Assembly: GCA_051294375.1 (NCBI GenBank)
Contig: JBJCIZ010001180.1
Location: forward strand, 14,753-31,267
DNA length: 16,515 nt
Direction of reading: 5' to 3'
Source of the DNA: Paraspadella gotoi
Lineage: Eukaryota > Animalia > Chaetognatha
This document shows, in pieces, positions 1-6,402 of the stretch. A program made the translations under genes and the position numbers. The notes beneath the pieces are model-generated. The model was given only the letters and a program-made list of their open reading frames with translations. It made no database searches and was not told the DNA's origin. Numbering within the stretch: the stretch's first letter is position 1; each line of letters starts with the position of its first letter.

Positions 1-855
1 CTCACAGCGATGAAAAGAAAGTCGGTCGTCGTTTCATTGACCTTCTTGATAGAGCAAAATGCCCTCTCGTCATTGGTTTGGACTCCGAAAACAACGGCTC
101 AACGCTGCAGCTGTCTGCAGCAATCGATAACGAAGAGGTCCATGCGATTTATCAATTACAGTCGCACAAAGGAAAATCCTGCCTTCAAGAAGGGACGCCT
201 ACAGTTCTTCGTGAAATTCTTTTCCATCCCAACGCAGTCTTCGTTGGTAAAGAGGTCGATAAAGACATCCTAACAATATGCACTAAGCTTTGCATCTCGT
301 CTCTGCTTGCCGATAAAATCAGGATCATCGACGTCACTGATTTCTATGGCCTTCTCCAAAGCTTAGCAGAGAGTCCGCGTGATCTTCGCCAATTTGTTCA
401 GTATCGCGCATGGACAGCCGAGTTTCAAGTTTCGCTTGGATTTTTCTTTCATTTCGCGTTTAAGAATAGAATTCCTCGACAAACGAAGCTGTCACCGTGA
501 TCATCGTTCAGACTTCGGCGAAAGACGCAATTTTTTGTCGCCAAGTGCACTCAACTATGCAGTGCTTGATGCCAAGGCAGCGAGAGATGCGACCGTCGAG
601 TTGCTCGAGGTTCTTGGATTTAGTTCCGACCTCATTGCCCAGACGATTCGTGATAAGACCTACGCAGGAAGTTATCTATTTGATATAGCAAAATCATACG
701 AGAGAGGAGCACCTTATGACAATTTTAAACCATATTGCTTGGCATTAGAAGACAGCGTTTATTACTTCCAAGTTCGTGTTGAAGAAGCCGAAAAAGAAGA
801 GACCATTAGAAAATTAAAACGCCAAATCGTGCTCGCCAAACTTAAGAACGAAAGA
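1..855 (+). CDS. Partial, frameshifted second copy of the retrotransposon's DEDDy 3'-5' exonuclease domain, inverted relative to the main element
   Basis: Near-identical to the reverse complement of 8062-8912. It reads VIGLDSE...STLQLS...VGKEVDKD in one frame, shifts near 470 (one extra A), then reads FLDK...SDF...LSPSALNYAVLDA. Truncated by the window start and by the N gap. Confidence 0.88.
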
Positions 856-955
856 NNNNNNNNNNNNNNNNNNNNNNNNNNNNNNNNNNNNNNNNNNNNN
901 NNNNNNNNNNNNNNNNNNNNNNNNNNNNNNNNNNNNNNNNNNNNNNNNNNNNNNN
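856..955. other. Assembly gap (100 N)
   Basis: Run of 100 N. A round number usually denotes a gap of unknown size. Confidence 0.99.
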
Positions 956-1385
956 TATTACGTTTCGACGGAATCGCTCGTGAGTGGAAATGAGTTTTAA
1001 GTTGGAAAAACATTAAGTCGCATTTACTAAAAATCTTTTTACTTATTTTAAACCAATAAGTACTCTAATTAATCATAATTGGCATGGATTAGATTGAGCT
1101 TCAAATTTTTGTTGTGTGCGGAGAAAAATGTGTATCGATGCCTTGATATAAAGTTTTCACGTGGAAAACGTAACGAGCTGCGAAATGAGTTTAAATGAAA
1201 AAATATGGAGTCACATTTACTTGAATCTTTTTACTTTTTTGAACCATAATAGATTGAGCATGAAATTTTGTGAGCGGGTAGGAAAGTGTGTGAAAAGCTA
1301 GATATATTAAAGTTTTGACGGAATTTGTGCCAGTGGAAAATGAGGTTTAAATGGGAAAAAAAAAAACCTAAGTCACATTTACTGA
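956..1385. repeat. Degenerate tandem repeat with a ~170-190 bp unit (uncharacterised satellite-like or interspersed repeat)
   Basis: The motif TATAAAGTTTT-GACGGAA...GGAAATGAGTTTTAAATGGAAAAAA...AGTCACATTTACT recurs at about 960-1030, 1147-1222 and 1305-1383. It is seen again near 1962-2025, 3055-3100, 3360-3432 and 3521-3568. Confidence 0.75.
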
Positions 1386-1455
1386 AGCCAGAAGAAAAAT
1401 GGATAACAAAGTTAAAAAAAATTCCTAAAAGCCATAAGGATCGTCGCAATTGCAA

Positions 1456-1467
1456 AGAGACGAGAGC

Positions 1468-1508
<41 letters not shown>

Positions 1509-1563
1509 AGAGAGAGAGAGAAGCAGTAAAAATGAGCATAAGGAATCGTCCGCAATTTGCAAG

Positions 1564-1594
<31 letters not shown>

Positions 1595-1635
1595 TGAGAG
1601 GCAGAAGGAAAGATAGAAAGAGAGGAGAGTCGAGA
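1456..1635. repeat. Compound (GA)n microsatellite
   Basis: Pure AG run at about 1473-1503 and an interrupted run at 1562-1635. Both are preceded by the leader AGC(C)ATAAGGA(A)TCGTC(C)GCAATT(T)GCAA. Confidence 0.95.
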
Positions 1636-2167
1636 TAAAAATTAGCGAATAAAAAAGTTGTAATTTTACTCACTGAATAAAAATACTTAAAATACTTACA
1701 AAATGACATAAAATATAAATATTCATTCCGGATTAACATTGTTTAATCACATTGCAATTATATCTTGTAAGGGCCTAATATTTCTAGTAAGGCGCGGCCA
1801 AAAATTTGAACACTTTTTATAACTTCTAGTTTCTCTTTTAAATATTTTTTTTTCCTTTTTTACTAACTAAATCGATTTTTCAATATAAACTTTTGAATAT
1901 TTTCATTGGTGTTGTTGCACTGAAGCTTTTAAATATTTATTTAATATATAATAATATATTTAAAGTATTGACGGAATTGTGCCAGGGAATGTGTTTTTAG
2001 ATGGAAAAAACATAAGTCACATTACTTGGGAATCTTTAATATAATGATTACTAATAAAGTTTTTAATTAATTAAATGAATTAATTAATGATTAATTGTGA
2101 AAAATGATGCAAGCTAAAAAAATATCTTGAAAAAGCATAAAGATCGTCGCAATGCAGAAAAAAAAAA

Positions 2168-2198
<31 letters not shown>

Positions 2199-2232
2199 TG
2201 AGTGAGAACGAGAGAGAGAGAAGAGAAGGAGA
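2168..2232. repeat. Interrupted (GA)n microsatellite
   Basis: AG-rich run preceded by the related leader AAAGCATAAAGATCGTCGCAATGCAG. Confidence 0.9.
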
Positions 2233-3299
2233 CAATAAAATAAAATGAGAGGATATTTGTTTGTTTTGATAAAATGTAAACAAAACATATTTAATAACTG
2301 TCCTAACCCAATTTTTAAGTTACATCGATGATGATAAGCTTGAATATAAATTTTTAAAATTAATTATTACATATTAAAAATTAATTAATTAATTAATTAA
2401 TTATCGATTAATTTAAATTAATTATTATCGTAGGCAGATCGACATTGTTTGCTCAAAAACTTGTTTTTAACAAAAACGCCCAGGGAGAGGAGAGGAGCAG
2501 AGATCGCTTTTCGACGAATTTCAGCAGCGGCTAGCAGCAGAGACAGCCAGAAAAAAAAAGAAGAAATCAAAAGGCCAGCAGCAGAAGCAGCAGGAGAAAA
2601 GAGAGAAAAAGAAAGAGCCCCTGCAGAGCCTTCTGCAGAACTCGTTTTCCCGAATGAATCAGCACTGGGGAAAAAGGGAGAGAGATAGCTACATATAATT
2701 AAAAGAGAAAAATCAGGTTAATTAATCAATAATAAAATTAATCAGTCAATATCAATCAATTAATTATTCAATGCAATCAATTTATTTATCTATAAATTAA
2801 TTTATTTAATCAATCAATTCATGTATCTATTATTTGATTATTCAATCAATCAATCAAGTCAATTCATTATCGGCATTATTCTCATCGTCGTCATTGCCTT
2901 TTTTTTGTCATGCGTTAGTGACGAAAATACCAAAACAAAACATTTCAAATCAAATTAATTAACTAATTGCCTAATTTAAATTGCTCATGAATGGATGGGC
3001 AATTGACCTTAGAATTTTGTATGTGGGTGGAAAGGTGTGATGAACAGAAAACAAGCTTTCGATGGAATCGTTTGGAGGGAAATGAGTTTAAATAGAAAAA
3101 ACAAAAAATTGATTTATTGCCTTCTTTGTCCTTTTATATTAAATGTATATGCAGGATGTATTAATAAATCAAATAATTAATCAGTTAATTAATAAATTAG
3201 TCAATTAATCAATAATTAATTAATCAAGCTCAATTAACCGTCCATCCGTCCCAACCTTAGCAAAAAAAGCTCCAATAACTCGTTGAAAAATTGGCTGCG

Positions 3300-3570
3300 T
3301 TGAATTGGAATTGAAATTTGCTGTGTGCGGATTAGGAAAATGTGTGACGAAGCTTGCCATATAAAGTTTCGGTTGGAAACGTACGAGTGGAAATGAGGTT
3401 TAAATTGAAAAAAATATGAGTCACATTTACTTGAATCTTGTTATTTATTTTTAACCCATGATAGATTTTGAGATGGAAATTTTTGTGAGCCGGCTAGGGA
3501 AAGTGTGAAAGAAGCCACGATATAAAGTTTTGACGGAATTGTGCAAGCTGGAAATGAGTTTAAATGGAAT
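3300..3570. repeat. Further tandem units of the ~170-190 bp repeat family seen at 956-1385
   Basis: Colinear with 1093-1355: TGTGTGCGGA...AAAATGTGT...ATATAAAGTTT...GGAAACGTACGAG...GAAATGAG...GAGTCACATTTACTTGAATCTT. Confidence 0.8.
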
Positions 3571-3611
3571 TAATGATTACTAATAAATGTTTTAATTAAT
3601 TAATAATAATG

Positions 3612-3793
3612 TGAAAAAATATGCAATTTAAAAAAATTATGCTAGTGAAAAAATGATGCAAGTTTGAAAAAATGATTGCAAGGTGAAAGAATGATTGAGA
3701 ATTTGAAAAAATGATGCCAAATTGAAAAATGATACAAATTGAAAAATGATGCAAATGAAAAAATTATGCAAGTTTGAAAAATGATGCAAGTTT
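3612..3793. repeat. Minisatellite, ~10 units of 16-20 bp, consensus GAAAAAATGATGCAAGTTT
   Basis: Head-to-tail degenerate units with no spacers. A shorter version is at 2098-2117. Confidence 0.9.
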
Positions 3794-3894
3794 AAAAAAA
3801 TCTTAAAAGCAATCCGTCGCCATTGCATAAAAAGAGAGAGAGAAGAGATCGAGCGATGAGAGAGGAGAGAGGAAAGAGGGACATAAAATAAAAA

Positions 3895-4149
3895 ATATAA
3901 TTAATTTAATTAAAAATTAATTAATTAATAAATTTTAATAATAATTATATTATATAATTAATATTAATAATAATAATTAATTAAAAAATTAATAAATAAA
4001 TTAATAATAATTATTTATTAAATAATTAATAATTAATAATTAAAATAATTAATTTAATAATTAATTAATTAAAATTAATTAATAATTAATTAATAATTAA
4101 TTAATAATTAATTAATTTAATTAATTAATTAATTAATAATTAATTTATT
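3895..4149. repeat. A/T-only low-complexity (TTAA/TAAT)n tract
   Basis: About 250 bp with no G or C. Shorter similar tracts are at 2378-2428 and 5464-5517. Confidence 0.9.
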
Positions 4150-4521
4150 CGGTAGGCAGATCGGACATTGTTGCTCCAAACTTGGTGTTTTTATTAAAAG
4201 TAGCAAAAATGATATTCATTCTTGATTAGAAAATTCAACAGATGATTTCAATTAATCTGTAGTCCAGCATTCTTTGTCTTAGGATTCAAATTTAATCAAT
4301 ACTGTTGGTTATATTCTAGCAATATTTCAAAAAGTGGTTTTTTTTCTGAATTCCTTGATAGAAATCACTGCCTCAATCATTCTTTTTTTTTCCGGATTTT
4401 TTCATTAATTATTTTGATAGTAACGTCTGGCGTGATAACTTTACTTTTAAGATTCTTTTTGGTAAAGTTTTTCCAAAAACTTTTTATGCTTTGATTTCCT
4501 TATTTTTAAAATAGAAAAAAA

Positions 4522-4825
4522 ATGTTTCTTAACAAACTCTTACTTATTCTGGTTTCGGCCGCGGCCGTCTCCTCTGGACCTTACCAACCGAACTGGGAAT
4601 CCTTGGACTCTCGCCCCTTACCCGCTTGGTTCGACGACGCTAAGATAGGCGTCTTTCTTAATTTTGGGATCTTCAATGTACCAAGTTTTGGCAATGAATT
4701 TTTCTGGAAATATTGGCACGATGGAGAACCGAGTCATGTCGCTTTTATGAAAAAGAATTACAGGCCTGACTTTACATACGCTGACTTTGCTCCAATGTAT
4801 CAGGCGGAAATGTATCAGGCTGATG
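4522..4825 (+). CDS. First coding exon of an alpha-L-fucosidase-like gene (glycoside hydrolase family 29, FUCA1/FUCA2-like) with signal peptide
   Basis: Translation has a hydrophobic leader (MFLNKLLLILVSAAAVSS), then YQPNWESLDSRPLPAWFDDAKIGVF...VPSFGNEFFW...FMKKNYRPDFTYADFAP, matching the N-terminus of animal GH29 enzymes. It ends at a canonical donor G|GTGAGT (intron starts 4826, phase 1). The ORF-track stop at 4831-4833 is intronic. No later exon was recognised in the window. Confidence 0.93.
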
Positions 4826-4895
4826 GTGAGTAAGGCGGGCTAAAATTAATCACTTTTTATCATTAAGAGTTCTGTAATATAAAATTTATTGTTCA

Positions 4896-5463
4896 TCATA
4901 CAATTAAAACATTTTTTGAAACATTATACCACTTTATTGATAGAGAAGCCAGGTACTCTGAGAGTGAATAAACGAGACTGTGAGAGAGTCTTGATTGAAA
5001 GCTTGCCGGGACCTGCTATGTCATTATCTTGTAAGAGATGGAGGCCTTAAACCACCAAAGCCTGTCCAAAGTCAGGGGCAAGATAGCTTATTTATTAAAT
5101 GAATGGATAATTTTTATATTGGTTGTACCAATTTCATAAAATTCAGCTCCTTGTATTTTGATACTGGGCGGAATACAGTATAGTATTCTCCGATCTAATA
5201 CTAAAGGGAGTGGTCTTTTCATACAATTTAAACATTCTTTAATGCATTATACCACCTCATTGATAGGGAAGCCAGGTATTCTGGGAGTAAATAAACGAGA
5301 CTGTGAGAGAGCGTTGATTGAAAGCTTGCAGGGACCTGTTATGTCATTATCTTGTTAGAGTGATGGAGACCTTAAACCACCAAAGCCTGTCCAAAGTCAG
5401 GGGCAAGATAGCTTATTTATTAAATGAATGGATAATTTTTATATTGGTAGTACCAATTTCATA
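4896..5463. repeat. Direct duplication: two ~243-bp copies (4896-5138 and 5219-5463) separated by an 80-bp spacer
   Basis: Both copies run TCATACAATT...CATTATACCAC...ATAAACGAGACTGTGAGAGAG...CCTTAAACCACCAAAGCCTGTCCAAAGTCAGGGGCAAGATAGCTTATTTATTAAATGAATGG...TACCAATTTCATA. Period 323 bp. Confidence 0.92.
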
Positions 5464-5636
5464 TTAAAATTAATTAATTAATTAATTGATTAATTAATTA
5501 ATTAATTAATTAATTATCGTTTGCTCAAACAAAAGTCTTTTGTCCTTTTCAAGCCAAATTGACTTATGATATTAAATTTTGATTAAAATAATTTTCCTCA
5601 CGCATATATAAGAAATATATAAGAAATAAGAAATTC

Positions 5637-5932
5637 TTAAAAATCTTTTTAAGAAATTTAAATTTTTAAAAATGGATTCTGATAAAGATTAAAAAGTTAG
5701 ATAAAGGTTATTATTACAAATTTTATAAATTTTTATGATAAATGGGCTAAAATTTAAAAAACCTTAACAACTTTTCATAATCATCATCATTCATTAAATT
5801 TTATAGTTTTTATTAATTTTCATAGATATATCATTAAAATTTTCAAAAGTAGTAATAATAACCTTCATCTAACTTTTTAATCTTTATCAGAATCCGTAAA
5901 AAAAATTAAAATTTCTTTAAAAAAATTTTTGA
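5637..5932. repeat. Long AT-rich inverted repeat (foldback or MITE-like)
   Basis: 5674-5717 is the reverse complement of 5852-5895 at 43/44 positions. Weaker pairing extends outward to about 5637/5932 and inward. Confidence 0.85.
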
Positions 5933-5976
5933 CATTATATAGTATTTGAATAATATAAAATAGCTTCCATGCGTTT

Positions 5977-6358
5977 TGTTGGTGAGCGGATTCTGCAGAG
6001 AGGCTGCTCGGCGCGGCAGCGCATCGGTGATTGCCCACAGGGCCAGCCACGAACGGAGTTCTGTGCGGGAGGCCGGGTCGACCACGGAAGGCAACCTTAA
6101 TGAGTGGATCTGTAATGAGAGAGAGGCACACAAGGCGACGGCAGGGCCGGTCAAATGATCATCACATTCTTACACCAGCTTAATGGCAAATAATAACGGT
6201 GCTCTAAAAGGCCTGAAAAAGAAACGAATAAATGAACAAGCAGTAATCATAATACGGAGAATGGAAATGTTTATTGATAAGAGTCTTTAATGAGTTCAAA
6301 AGAGTCTTTGATGGATCCGCGAAAGTCCTCGGTGATTCGCACGAGTTTCGCTCCTACA
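5977..6358 (-). repeat. 3' LTR (382 bp)
   Basis: On the minus strand it starts TGTAGGAGCG immediately after the PPT and ends CGCTCACCAACA, giving TG...CA termini with an imperfect terminal inverted repeat (TGTAG-GAGCG versus TGTTGGTGAGCG). AATAAA is at 6275-6270, and composition switches abruptly to AT-rich host DNA just below 5977. The partner LTR is not in the window. Confidence 0.85.
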
Positions 6359-6374
6359 TCCTTCCCCTTCTTCT
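6359..6374 (-). promoter_or_regulatory. Polypurine tract (plus-strand DNA synthesis primer)
   Basis: Minus strand AGAAGAAGGGGAAGGA (16 purines) directly abutting the TG of the LTR. Confidence 0.9.
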
Positions 6375-6376
6375 AA

Positions 6377-6397
6377 GACTGATCGCCCCGATCAGTC
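6377..6397. other. Perfect 9-bp hairpin between the ORF3 stop and the PPT
   Basis: GACTGATCG-CCC-CGATCAGTC. Confidence 0.8.
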
Positions 6398-6402
6398 CAT
6401 AT

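Noticed and set aside
1231-2288. ORFs rich in LS/ER repeats (1231-1539, 1325-1507, 1425-1739, 1450-1638, 2080-2288)
   Set aside because: These are translations of (GA)n microsatellites with no protein-like content.
2449-2688. 79-aa ORF rich in A/E/K/R
   Set aside because: Non-ATG start, purine-rich low-complexity DNA, and no recognisable motif.
3612-3793. CRISPR-like array
   Set aside because: Units are directly adjacent with no unique spacers, there are no cas genes, and the context is eukaryotic.
4978-5008. Minimal hammerhead ribozyme (CTGTGAGAGAGTCTTGATTGAAAGCTTG; also about 5301-5331)
   Set aside because: GAAAGCTT resembles Penelope-type minimal hammerheads, but both copies lack the CTGANGA core and stem I does not form in register.
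5876-6158. Short ORFs overlapping the LTR end
   Set aside because: They straddle the LTR/host boundary or lie in GC-rich LTR sequence, with no homology recognised.
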